Assembly: GCA_018666805.1 (NCBI GenBank)
Contig: JABIXB010000057.1
Coordinates: 1-58,205 of the forward strand
Direction of reading: 5' to 3'
Source of the DNA: Rhodospirillaceae bacterium
GTDB taxonomy: Bacteria > Pseudomonadota > Alphaproteobacteria > UBA828
Length of the DNA stretch: 58,205 bases
The notes beneath the pieces are model-generated. The model did no database searches and was not told the origin of the DNA. It saw nothing but the letters and a program-made list of their open reading frames with translations. Position 1 is the stretch's first letter; each line of letters opens with the position of its first letter. Positions 8,104 to 17,069 of this stretch are shown here, piece after piece. The position numbers and the translations under genes are program-made.

Positions 8104-10590
8104 ATGGCAAGACAAAACCCGAAAGGCACGGCGCCCGCACCACTCTCGGCCGATCAATTGTGCCGGTTTTGCGATCCCGGCCAATTTCCCTTCACCACCA
8201 CGGCAGAGCTTGACGGTCAGACCGAGATCGCTGGTCAGGATCGCGCCGTCGAAGCCATCCGCTTTGCGCTTGGCATCAAACAGGAAGGCTATAACGTCTT
8301 TGTGCTGGGTCCATCGGGCAGCGGCAAACATGCCATTGCGCGGCGCCTGTTAAAACACCAGGCCGGGCTCAACAAAACACCGTCTGACTGGTGCTACGTC
8401 TATAATTTTAAACGGCGCCACAAGCCGCACGCGCTTGAACTGCCGGCCGGCGAAGGCGCGCGCCTGCGCGACACCGTCAATAAGCTGATTGAGGATTTGA
8501 AAATCGCCATCCCGGCGATATTCGAAAGCGACGAATACCGCAACCAGCGCAAGGCGGCCGGGGAAGAGGTCAAGCAACGCCAGGACGACGCCTTCGCGCA
8601 AATTCAGAAGGAAGCGAACGCGGTCAATATCGCCATCATGCAGACCGAAAACGGTATCGCCTTCGCGCCAACGGAAAATGGCGAGATGTTGCCGCCCGAG
8701 AAGCTTAACGCCATGACGCAGGCGGAGCGGGAAGCAATTCAAAAAAATGTCGGTGAGCTGCAAAAGCGCCTGCACGATACCATGATGATGGTGCCGCAAT
8801 GGGCGCGCGAGGCACGCGAAAAATTTCTCGCGCTTGACCGCGGCGTCACAAGTGTCGCGGTCAAATCCCTGATGGACGATACCAAAGCGCAGTTCAAGGA
8901 TCTGCCACGCGTGGTCGAATATTTACTGGCGGTGGAGCAGGACGTGATTGATAACGTCAATCTCTTTCGCGGGCCGATGGAGGCCGTCAATCCGGCACAA
9001 ATGATGCCGCCCGGGGCGCAGCAGGCGGCCCCCGCGCGGCCCGATGCAGGCGATGCGGGCGCGCCGTTCCGGCGCTATCGGGTCAACCTGTTTGTTGACC
9101 GCTCGCACCTTAAGGGCAGCCCGGTCATCTATGCCGATCATCCGACTTACCAGGAATTGATCGGCAGCATTGAGCACGTCGCTGAGATGGGCACGCTGAC
9201 GACCGATTTCACGCGCATCAAATCGGGCGCCCTGCACCGCGCCAACGGCGGCTATCTGATGTTGGACGCGCGCAAGGTGCTGATGGAGCCGTTCGCCTGG
9301 GAGGGCCTCAAACGGGCGCTGCGTTCACGTGAAATCCGGGTCGAACACCCGGCCCAAACCGCCGGCGTGATCAGCACGCAAACGCTCAGCCCCGAACCGG
9401 TGCCGCTCGACGTAAAGGTGGTTCTGATCGGCGAGCGCCAACTTTACTATCTGCTCGATCAGCGCGACCCGGATTTTGCTGAATTGTTCAAGGTCACCGG
9501 CGATTTCGAGGACAAGATCGAGCGCAACGACGAAAACAACATGACCTATGCGCGTCTGTTGGGTGCGCTCGCGCAGCGCGATGGGTTGCACCCGCTCACC
9601 AGCGCCGCCGTGGCGCGCCTCTGCGATTACAGCGCACGTCTCGCGGCGGATGCCGAGCGCCTGTCGACCCAGATGCGGCGCGTCAGCGACTTGGTGCGCG
9701 AGGCCGATTACTTCGCCACCGAACAGGGCTGTGACACCATCGATACAGCGCATGTGGAACAGGCGATTGAGGGCGCGCTCGGCCGCGTCAGCCGCATCCG
9801 CGAATCGATGCAAGAACAAATTCTGCGCGGCTCCGTGCTGATCGATACCGAGGGCGCAACGGTCGGACAGATAAACGGCCTCGCTGTTCTTCAAACAGGC
9901 CGCTTTGCCTTTGGCAAACCGTCGCGCATTACGGTGCGGCTGCGTGTCGGCACCGGCAAAGTGATCGATATCGAGCGCGAGGTCGAGCTTGGTGGGCCCC
10001 TGCACAGCAAGGGCGTGTTGATCCTCAGCAGCTATTTGGCCACGCGCTATGCGACCGACCGACCGCTATCGCTATCGGCCAGTATTGTCTTTGAACAATC
10101 CTACGGCGGCGTCGATGGCGACAGCGCCTCATCGACCGAACTCTACGCCCTGCTTTCGTCCCTTGCGGAGGTGCCAATCCAGCAAAACCTGGCGGTTACC
10201 GGCGCGGTCAATCAAAATGGCGAAGTTCAGGCGATCGGCGGCGCCAATGAAAAAATCGAGGGTTTTTTCGACGTCTGTAGCGCGCGCGGACTGAACGGCA
10301 AGCAAGGCGTTCTTATTCCTCAGTCGAACGTCAAAAACCTCATGCTGCGACGCGATGTTCTGGCAGCCGTCGGTGACGGTCAATTCCATATCTATGCCGT
10401 CGCCACCATCGACGAAGGCATAGAAATCCTGACCGGCGTAGCTGCGGGCACACGCGACACAAATGGAGCCTTCCCAGCCGAGTCCATCAACGGCATGGTC
10501 GAAGCCCGGCTCCACAAACTAGCCGACCAACGCCGCGCCTTCGCACGCAGCGGCAAAAACGATAATGCAGAGGACGCCAAGGACGCATAA
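8104..10590 (+). CDS. Lon-like (LonC/YcbZ-type) S16 protease
   Basis: GQDRA, GALHRANGGYL, VGQINGL, catalytic GDSAS and NEKIEGF. Start placed at the second ATG after a GGGAAGA SD. Confidence 0.9.
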   Translation: MARQNPKGTAPAPLSADQLCRFCDPGQFPFTTTAELDGQTEIAGQDRAVEAIRFALGIKQEGYNVFVLGPSGSGKHAIARRLLKHQAGLNKTPSDWCYVYNFKRRHKPHALELPAGEGARLRDTVNKLIEDLKIAIPAIFESDEYRNQRKAAGEEVKQRQDDAFAQIQKEANAVNIAIMQTENGIAFAPTENGEMLPPEKLNAMTQAEREAIQKNVGELQKRLHDTMMMVPQWAREAREKFLALDRGVTSVAVKSLMDDTKAQFKDLPRVVEYLLAVEQDVIDNVNLFRGPMEAVNPAQMMPPGAQQAAPARPDAGDAGAPFRRYRVNLFVDRSHLKGSPVIYADHPTYQELIGSIEHVAEMGTLTTDFTRIKSGALHRANGGYLMLDARKVLMEPFAWEGLKRALRSREIRVEHPAQTAGVISTQTLSPEPVPLDVKVVLIGERQLYYLLDQRDPDFAELFKVTGDFEDKIERNDENNMTYARLLGALAQRDGLHPLTSAAVARLCDYSARLAADAERLSTQMRRVSDLVREADYFATEQGCDTIDTAHVEQAIEGALGRVSRIRESMQEQILRGSVLIDTEGATVGQINGLAVLQTGRFAFGKPSRITVRLRVGTGKVIDIEREVELGGPLHSKGVLILSSYLATRYATDRPLSLSASIVFEQSYGGVDGDSASSTELYALLSSLAEVPIQQNLAVTGAVNQNGEVQAIGGANEKIEGFFDVCSARGLNGKQGVLIPQSNVKNLMLRRDVLAAVGDGQFHIYAVATIDEGIEILTGVAAGTRDTNGAFPAESINGMVEARLHKLADQRRAFARSGKNDNAEDAKDA

Positions 10591-10665
10591 GCCCCACGCC
10601 CATAATCAATTATGCAAACGGAACCGCCTTCCGGAATGCGCCAAGCATTCCGGCAAGCGCGCCAA

Positions 10666-10773
10666 GCCAAGCGCGCGGATGCGCGCGCCCGGCGATTGAG
10701 GGTCTAGAAAAAGAGCGCGCCCGAGTTACCGAGGTAGCCAAGGCTGCGGATGCAGCCGCCCGGCGTCTGAGGG
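10666..10773. repeat. Two copies of a 37-nt REP-like hairpin element (10666-10702, 10737-10773)
   Basis: 29/37 identical. 6 of the 8 differences form three compensatory pairs in a 6-bp stem closing a GGAT loop. Confidence 0.7.
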
Positions 10774-10779
10774 CCTCAA

Positions 10780-11424
10780 CTAATAAGCAACAGCGGTTGG
10801 ATCGAGGCTACGCCACAGATACCAGGTTGCGACCGAACGCCAGGGCTGCCAGGGCTGGGCCAGGCTTTCGATATCTTCCCGTGCCAAAGCGTCACCACCG
10901 GCATAATGGCGCTCGCAGGCGCGGATTAGTCCGATATCGTCGAGCGGCAGTACGTTCGGTCTGAGGAGATGGAATATCAGAAACATTTCCGCCGTCCAGC
11001 GGCCAATGCCACGCAGCTTGAGCAGTTCGGCGATGATCTCTTCATCCTCTTTCTCATGCCAAAGCGCCGGCGCCACGCTGCCATCCTTAAAGGCCAGCGC
11101 CATATCGCGAATGTAAGAGGCTTTGCGCCGCGTCAGCCCGGCGCCGTGCAATTCTGCCTCGTTTCGCGCCACGACATGATCCGGCGAAATGCCGCCGACG
11201 GTCTCGTCGAGCCGGTTCCAGATGGAATCCGCCGCGCGCACCGAAATCTGCTGGGCGACGATCGAGCGGACAAGAGTGACAAACGGATCGCCCTGCCCGG
11301 TTAACCCGCCGCGCCCACAGCTCTTGATGACTTCGGCCAGAACCGGATCGGCGGCGCTCAGCTCTTTCTTGGCGCGCTTCCAAAAAGAAGGATGGCCGGT
11401 CGGTCCGCTCGCCCATTTCGGCAT
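10780..11424 (-). CDS. alkA: DNA-3-methyladenine glycosylase II (HhH-GPD, AlkA/Mag-like)
   Basis: LVRSIVAQQISV, HhH LRGIGRWTAEM, LPLDDIG, WQPWRSVATWYLW. Confidence 0.88.
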   Translation of the reverse strand: MPKWASGPTGHPSFWKRAKKELSAADPVLAEVIKSCGRGGLTGQGDPFVTLVRSIVAQQISVRAADSIWNRLDETVGGISPDHVVARNEAELHGAGLTRRKASYIRDMALAFKDGSVAPALWHEKEDEEIIAELLKLRGIGRWTAEMFLIFHLLRPNVLPLDDIGLIRACERHYAGGDALAREDIESLAQPWQPWRSVATWYLWRSLDPTAVAY

Positions 11425-11503
11425 CGGTTTTCCATAATTCTCTATCTCGGAAACGGCAGTCTATGCGTTGCCGGCACGGCTGCCAATCGGCGAGCCGAAT
11501 AAC

Positions 11504-12670
11504 TCAGCTTGCCTGCGCTGCGGCCCTCTGATCGAGCGGCGCCGAGACGGCCGCTTCGGCGCTCTCTGCCAGACCGTCCGCCACGGTGGTGACGATGCGG
11601 TTCATTTCGCCCGGACCGAGGCCCAGATGAAATGGCAGGGCCAGCGTATGATTGGCGAGATGGCGCGTTACCGCGAGCGAGGCGCTCGGATAATAGGCGA
11701 ATGCCGATTGTTGGTGGCAGCCCCGCCCCCACCATTGCCGGCTCTCAATACCGGCACGCGCAAGCTCCCGGGCGACGGCGCCCGTGGCCGGGTGGATCAA
11801 TTCAACATTGCAGGTGGTGCCGGCCCATCCCTGGCCAAAACCCGGCATAACGGAGAGGCCGGGGATCGCCGAGAGCGCCGCGGCGTATGTCTGGGCGAGG
11901 CGCACATAGCCGGTGCGGACGAACGGCCAGGCATCAAGCGCCGCCAACCCGACGGCGGCGGCATATTCGCTGAGTTTGGCGTTGAACCCGGGGAGAGCTG
12001 CAGCGCGGCTCTGTTGAAAGCCGAAATTAGACAGGCTGCGTGCCTTGGCAACCAACTCGGGATCGCGCGAAATGATGAGGCCACCTTCGCCGATGCCAAC
12101 CGCCTTGGTCGCATGCAGGCTGATCACCACCGGCGCCCGGCCGGGCTGGGCGGTATCGAACGCGGCAGCGGCATCGATCACGACAGGGATGCCGGTCGCT
12201 TCGGAAAATTCGTCCCAGCGGTCATAACCAATCGGCGCGCCGAAGGGTGCGACAGGTAACACGGCCGCCACATTACCCGGCGCATTGGCCAGCGCCGCAC
12301 CAGCTATTTCCGGTGTTAACGCCCAATTATCAGGCGCCACATCAACGAAAAACGGCGTCAGCCCCGCTTCGCGCGCCGCATGCGCCGTAGCGGAGAAGGT
12401 CCAGGATGGCATCATGCAGAGGCTTCCCGGCGGCGGATTGCCCGCCCGCAGGGCCAAGATCAGTGCTGCCGTGCCGTTCGCGACCGTGGTCACACAATCC
12501 GTATCAACGCCAAAGCCGGCGGCGATACGGGCTTCGAACTCCTGCACCAGGGGGCCAAAATTGCTGTAATAGCGCGCGTCATCAATACGCCTGAGATAGG
12601 GCAAGACCATATCCGCATCCGGCATACGCGGGACGGCAACGCTAATCTTTTCGGGCGTATTTTGGACCAT
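11504..12670 (-). CDS. DegT/DnrJ/EryC1/StrS-family PLP sugar aminotransferase
   Basis: NFGPLVQEFE, NGTAAL, PSWTFSAT, IDAAAAF, SLHATK (PLP lysine), GEGG, GFNAKLSE. Start placed at MVQN. Confidence 0.9.
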   Translation of the reverse strand: MVQNTPEKISVAVPRMPDADMVLPYLRRIDDARYYSNFGPLVQEFEARIAAGFGVDTDCVTTVANGTAALILALRAGNPPPGSLCMMPSWTFSATAHAAREAGLTPFFVDVAPDNWALTPEIAGAALANAPGNVAAVLPVAPFGAPIGYDRWDEFSEATGIPVVIDAAAAFDTAQPGRAPVVISLHATKAVGIGEGGLIISRDPELVAKARSLSNFGFQQSRAAALPGFNAKLSEYAAAVGLAALDAWPFVRTGYVRLAQTYAAALSAIPGLSVMPGFGQGWAGTTCNVELIHPATGAVARELARAGIESRQWWGRGCHQQSAFAYYPSASLAVTRHLANHTLALPFHLGLGPGEMNRIVTTVADGLAESAEAAVSAPLDQRAAAQAS

Positions 12671-12735
12671 GACAGGCCCGCCTCTTTGCAGGGAAGCCGG
12701 GGCGTGGTTTCCCTGCAAAGCTAGCGCCTGGGCGC

Positions 12736-12750
12736 TTAAACCTTCGTTAA
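12736..12750. promoter_or_regulatory. CtrA box TTAA-N7-TTAA
   Basis: TTAA ACCTTCG TTAA, an exact consensus match about 65 bp upstream of the DegT start. Confidence 0.6.
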
Positions 12751-12770
12751 TATTGCAAAAATCGCCCAGT

Positions 12771-13589
12771 TCAGCGGGTTTTGCGGTGTGGCGCGTTGGC
12801 CCGTTTCGGCCGTTTCGGCAATTTTCCCCGGAATCCGTCTACTTGCGCCTGGGCGCCAGTGCTAATGAGCTTGGCATCGCTCGCGGCAATAACGAAATCA
12901 TAGCCGCGCCCATAGGTCCATTCCAGGCTCTGCCCGGGGCGCGTGACGGTGCCGAGCAATTTGTTGGTTTTACGCAATTTCTTCTCGGTGTAGTCGAGGA
13001 ACTCGACCACTTCGGGGTGGGTCGGATCCATCGTATGACCAAGGCTGGCGGCGATATCGCCCGGCCCCATGAAGAGCATATCGACGCCGTCGACCGCCGC
13101 GATTTCCTCAATATTTTCGACCGCTTCGGCGGTTTCGATTTGGCACATGAGAAGTATTTGCTTGGGCACGGCCTGGCGGTATTCATCAATACGTGCACCC
13201 CAGCGCGAGCAGCGCGCGGCATGGGGCGCCACGCCGCGGATGCCGGCGGTCGGATAATGGCACGCATCGACGGCGGCGCGCGCCTCGTCGGCGTTTTGCA
13301 CGTAAGGCACAATAATGCCCATCACACCGATATCGAGCGCCCGCTTGATATAGACAGTGTCGTTCCACGGCACGCGCATCATTGGTGTCGGGCCGGCCTC
13401 GGCCGCCGCCTGCATCAACGATATCGCATTGAGAAAATCGCCCGGACCATGCTCATGGTCCATGATGACGGCGTCATAGCCGGCATTGGCGACAATTTCC
13501 GCCGCGATCGGGCTGCCCATCGAAAGCCACGCCCCGATCGCTGGTTCGCCCTTGAGCAGCTTCTTCTTGCAGGTGTTGATTATCGCCAT
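12771..13589 (-). CDS. HpcH/HpaI-family aldolase
   Basis: DHEHGP, RVPWND, KRALDIG, QIET, DGVDMLFMGPGD. Confidence 0.92.
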   Translation of the reverse strand: MAIINTCKKKLLKGEPAIGAWLSMGSPIAAEIVANAGYDAVIMDHEHGPGDFLNAISLMQAAAEAGPTPMMRVPWNDTVYIKRALDIGVMGIIVPYVQNADEARAAVDACHYPTAGIRGVAPHAARCSRWGARIDEYRQAVPKQILLMCQIETAEAVENIEEIAAVDGVDMLFMGPGDIAASLGHTMDPTHPEVVEFLDYTEKKLRKTNKLLGTVTRPGQSLEWTYGRGYDFVIAASDAKLISTGAQAQVDGFRGKLPKRPKRANAPHRKTR

Positions 13590-13758
13590 CGAATTTGCTC
13601 TCCACAGTTTGGTTGGTCAAATTTTGCCGGACCCTAACACGCGCCACAGCCGGCCTAAAAGCCCGGCGATGCTTTTCCAGTGATGCCTTATTGTCTTGCC
13701 GATGAAGCGGCGTTAAGTTTTGCCACATGATCCTCCCGACGCACGGCAAAGGCAACTT

Positions 13759-14241
13759 GTGGCGTATCAAATATCTCGAAGAAACCCTGGCGGCGGCGGA
13801 GAAGAAGACGGCGGCTCGACATTTGTCATTGAGGACAGTACATCCCAGTTGGTGAGCGTCGCCGCGCGCCTCTTTTCCCGCGCCTTACAGGCGCGTTTCG
13901 CCGAACATGACGTGAGCGCCGGGCAATGGCCGCTGCTGCTATACCTTTGGGAACAAGACGGCCTCAGCCAAAAGCAACTGGCGCGCCGCGTTCAAATCGA
14001 AGAACCGACGACGACACGAACCCTCGACCGGATGGAACGCGACGGGCTGGTGCGCCGGGTGCGCGACGAAAATGACCGCCGCCGCATCAACGTTTTTTTA
14101 ACCGAGCGCGGCCAGCATTTACGCGAGGAACTGGTGCCCTATGCACAGGAAGTCAACGCGCTCGCGACACACGGACTTTCGGCCCAGGACAAGGCCAAAA
14201 TCAACTCCCTGCTCACCTACATGATCGCGCGCCTCGACTAA
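13759..14241 (+). CDS. MarR-family transcriptional regulator
   Basis: QWPLL..LSQKQLA..PTTTRTLDRMERDGLVRR..DRR..LT winged helix. Start uncertain (GTG 13759 chosen). Confidence 0.9.
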   Translation: MAYQISRRNPGGGGEEDGGSTFVIEDSTSQLVSVAARLFSRALQARFAEHDVSAGQWPLLLYLWEQDGLSQKQLARRVQIEEPTTTRTLDRMERDGLVRRVRDENDRRRINVFLTERGQHLREELVPYAQEVNALATHGLSAQDKAKINSLLTYMIARLD

Positions 14242-14388
14242 TCCCGGTCGTAATAATTTTGTTATATTTACCAATTATTTAGAATAATCGGGGTCTAATG
14301 GCGCTTGACTATGTTCACTTGGGCCGCCGCCACTGGCGATTGTCCAATATCGGGACATACTTTGGTGTGAGCGGAAAGGACCGGCAAC

Positions 14389-14859
14389 ATGTTACGCGCG
14401 ATTGACGTCATCGGAGAACCAAATACTCCCATTGAGTTGAACTCTCTCGAGGTCGACCAATCCGGCGCCCTACAACAACGTGAGCCGCAATATCCGCTGA
14501 CCTTTAATTTCTCCTGGCGCGACAGTAATTTCGAAGGCACCGTCGACCAGGTGGACGATCGCCTGACGCTCGAGTTGAGCCTGAAGCTTGCCGAATTGCC
14601 CTTTACCGCCGAAGACGCGACACAGCGCGGCAATTGGTCGGCAATCGTTTCCGACACAGATGCGCCGGCCGGCGGCGTGCTGAAGATCATGCACGACAGC
14701 ACCGCGGTGCTGTCGAAAAAAATCGACCTGCCGGAGTTGAACGGCTTCACGGCCGATGGCTTCATCACCAATATGGCGATGATGGTGCTGTCTCTAGCGC
14801 CTTATCTCGACCTGTTGGCCGAGCATAGCGGCGCACACGCGCCAAGTGCCGACGCCTAG
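14389..14859 (+). CDS. Hypothetical protein (156 aa)
   Basis: AAAGGA SD, host-like codon usage, fills the gap between convergent neighbours. No motif recognised with certainty. Confidence 0.75.
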   Translation: MLRAIDVIGEPNTPIELNSLEVDQSGALQQREPQYPLTFNFSWRDSNFEGTVDQVDDRLTLELSLKLAELPFTAEDATQRGNWSAIVSDTDAPAGGVLKIMHDSTAVLSKKIDLPELNGFTADGFITNMAMMVLSLAPYLDLLAEHSGAHAPSADA

Positions 14860-14867
14860 ACCCAAAC

Positions 14868-16013
14868 CTATTTGAGCACCGGCAGAGCCAAGATTTGCCC
14901 CGGAAAGATCATATTCGGGTCGAGGATTTGCGCCCTGTTGGCGCCATAAATCTCACTATAGTAAACACCGCCGCCATAGGCGCGCCGGGCAATGCGCCAC
15001 AGACTGTTGCCCGGCTGGACCACGACCAGCGCATCGCCGAGCAATAATTCCTCCGGCCGCGCCCGGCTGATCGGCGTTTCGATACGCGCCAATACGATCC
15101 CTTGATCATCCACCTTATCGATGCGCAGCTTATGCTGACCGGGGGCAACTTCTTCATCCGGGCTTAATTGCCACTCGCCTTCTTCGCTCGCCTTGGCGCT
15201 GCCGACATATTCCTCATCGACATAGACGTTGACGGTGGCCTCGGGCTCGGTGCGCCCGGCCAAAGTGACATCGCCCTCCGAATCATAATCGACGCTACGA
15301 ATCGTTACTTCCGATTCCTCGCCGATGCCGTCCCCGGCCAAATCCGGGCCTTGCAGCACGCGGCTCGGGCCGTCGCCATCGCGCTCCACCAACACCGCAA
15401 TAACGGCTTCTTCCGCCGCCTCACCTTGCGCAGCCGTGCTATCCGCCTGGTCCGTAGCCGGTTTCTCGCGCGGTTTGGGGACCGACAGCACAACAACCTG
15501 CTTGGACGCCACCCGCGCTCCGTCAGCGGTGTCCTGCACCAGTGATAATTCGCGGTCGCCGCCTTCCAGGCTATCCTCCGGCAGCAGCACCCACTCGCCG
15601 CGCTCATCGGCAAAGACCGAGCCGAGCGAAATACCGTCATCCAATACCGTCACCTCGGCGCCGGGCTCAGCGCGCCCGGCGATGACGGCACGGCCGCTCG
15701 GAGAAATTCGCACCACGTCGAAGCTCGGACGCACCACCCCGGCGGGCAGAGACGTCTCTGCTGTTGTCTCTTCAGGCGCGGCGCTCGCCACAGAGGGCTC
15801 TTCCTGCACGCGTACGGACTGGTCTGTTTTCGCCGATGCGGGTTCCTGCGCAGGCGCAGCCTTCTTGGCTGGCACCGCCTTCTTCTCGACCGATGCCACG
15901 GTGGCCGGCGCGTCCGTCTCATCATCGCCACCCGGCAGAAAAACACCGAGCACAACGGCAACAATGACCGCGACCAAAACGATCAGTAACAGAGCTCTTA
16001 AATTACGTTTCAC
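14868..16013 (-). CDS. Membrane-anchored Ig-like-repeat/LysM peptidoglycan-binding protein
   Basis: N-terminal TM, PSFDVVRI..AVIAGRAEPG Ig-like repeats, C-terminal LysM VVVQPGNSLWRIA..IFPGQIL. Confidence 0.9.
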   Translation of the reverse strand: MKRNLRALLLIVLVAVIVAVVLGVFLPGGDDETDAPATVASVEKKAVPAKKAAPAQEPASAKTDQSVRVQEEPSVASAAPEETTAETSLPAGVVRPSFDVVRISPSGRAVIAGRAEPGAEVTVLDDGISLGSVFADERGEWVLLPEDSLEGGDRELSLVQDTADGARVASKQVVVLSVPKPREKPATDQADSTAAQGEAAEEAVIAVLVERDGDGPSRVLQGPDLAGDGIGEESEVTIRSVDYDSEGDVTLAGRTEPEATVNVYVDEEYVGSAKASEEGEWQLSPDEEVAPGQHKLRIDKVDDQGIVLARIETPISRARPEELLLGDALVVVQPGNSLWRIARRAYGGGVYYSEIYGANRAQILDPNMIFPGQILALPVLK

Positions 16014-16111
16014 GGGGCCTCGCGATTCATCGCGCGAAAATCCGACTATACCATCAGCGCCAGAGGCAACAAGGCATCAAAGAGGAACACAGCCACCCTG
16101 GGCCCCCCGCC

Positions 16112-17023
16112 TTACCATTCATCGAAGCTGGTGGCAGCCGGCGGCAGCCTGGTCGCACGCACCGCGTGGCGAATGGCCGGCTGGGCTTTCAAATAGGCCG
16201 CGATTGCGGCCAAATCCTGCGCCGTCAAATGGCTCAATCCATCTTCGATGGTCTCGCGCATGCTACCCTGCACATCGTCGCCGTCCGGCTTCAGTCCTGT
16301 CTTGAAAAAGAACACAAGATCGGCCTCCGACCAGCCGCCGATGCCAGTTTCCGAATCGGGCGTGATATTGGGCACCGAGTGGCCATCCGGGCCATAGCGC
16401 GTACCGGCCAAATGCTTACCGCGTTTTAGCCCGCCGGCGATATTGCGTGGGGTATGACATTCGGCGCAATGTCCGAGCACCTCGACGAGATAGCTGCCAC
16501 GCTCGGTTCCAACATCCGGTGCGTCTTCGGTGGACGAAAAAAACAGCCAGCGCCAGGGATAGATCGAAAAGCGCCAGGAGAAGGGAAAACGCAATTCATG
16601 GCTACGGTTTTCACGCCGCACCGGCGTCTGGGCGAATAGATAGGCCTTGATATCGAGCATATCCTGACGCCGCATGGCGCTGTAAGAGGCGTAGGGAAAG
16701 GCGGGATAATAGGTTCGGCCACTGGGCGATTCGCCGTGCCGCAGCGCCCGGGTAAAATCCGTATCGCTCCAGGCGCCGATTCCGGTCTCCACGTCCGGCG
16801 TGATATTGCTGGAATAGAAATTACCGTAAGGCGAGGCGATGGCCCGCCCGCCGGCCAGAAACGGCCCTTTGTCCGCCTTATCCGTATGGCAATTGATGCA
16901 GCCGGCGGCGTACACCAGATATTCGCCGCGCACCGCATCGGCCGGCTGGGCGCGCACCGGCGCGAGAGCAAATAAAACGAGGACCAACAGCGCCGCCCAC
17001 CCGAGTAGGCGTTCATATCTCAT
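16112..17023 (-). CDS. Diheme cytochrome c (CycG-like)
   Basis: Signal peptide, CINCH and CAECH heme motifs, NITPD..GIG.WS repeated twice. Confidence 0.9.
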   Translation of the reverse strand: MRYERLLGWAALLVLVLFALAPVRAQPADAVRGEYLVYAAGCINCHTDKADKGPFLAGGRAIASPYGNFYSSNITPDVETGIGAWSDTDFTRALRHGESPSGRTYYPAFPYASYSAMRRQDMLDIKAYLFAQTPVRRENRSHELRFPFSWRFSIYPWRWLFFSSTEDAPDVGTERGSYLVEVLGHCAECHTPRNIAGGLKRGKHLAGTRYGPDGHSVPNITPDSETGIGGWSEADLVFFFKTGLKPDGDDVQGSMRETIEDGLSHLTAQDLAAIAAYLKAQPAIRHAVRATRLPPAATSFDEW

Positions 17024-17069
17024 CGCTCAGGCCGAGCCCGGGCGAAAAGACGCGGCGCGCAGTCGCCCG

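Noticed and set aside
10666-10773. CRISPR mini-array (37-nt repeats, 34-nt spacer)
   Set aside because: Only two copies, eight differences concentrated in a covarying stem, and no leader or cas genes. It fits a REP-like element better.
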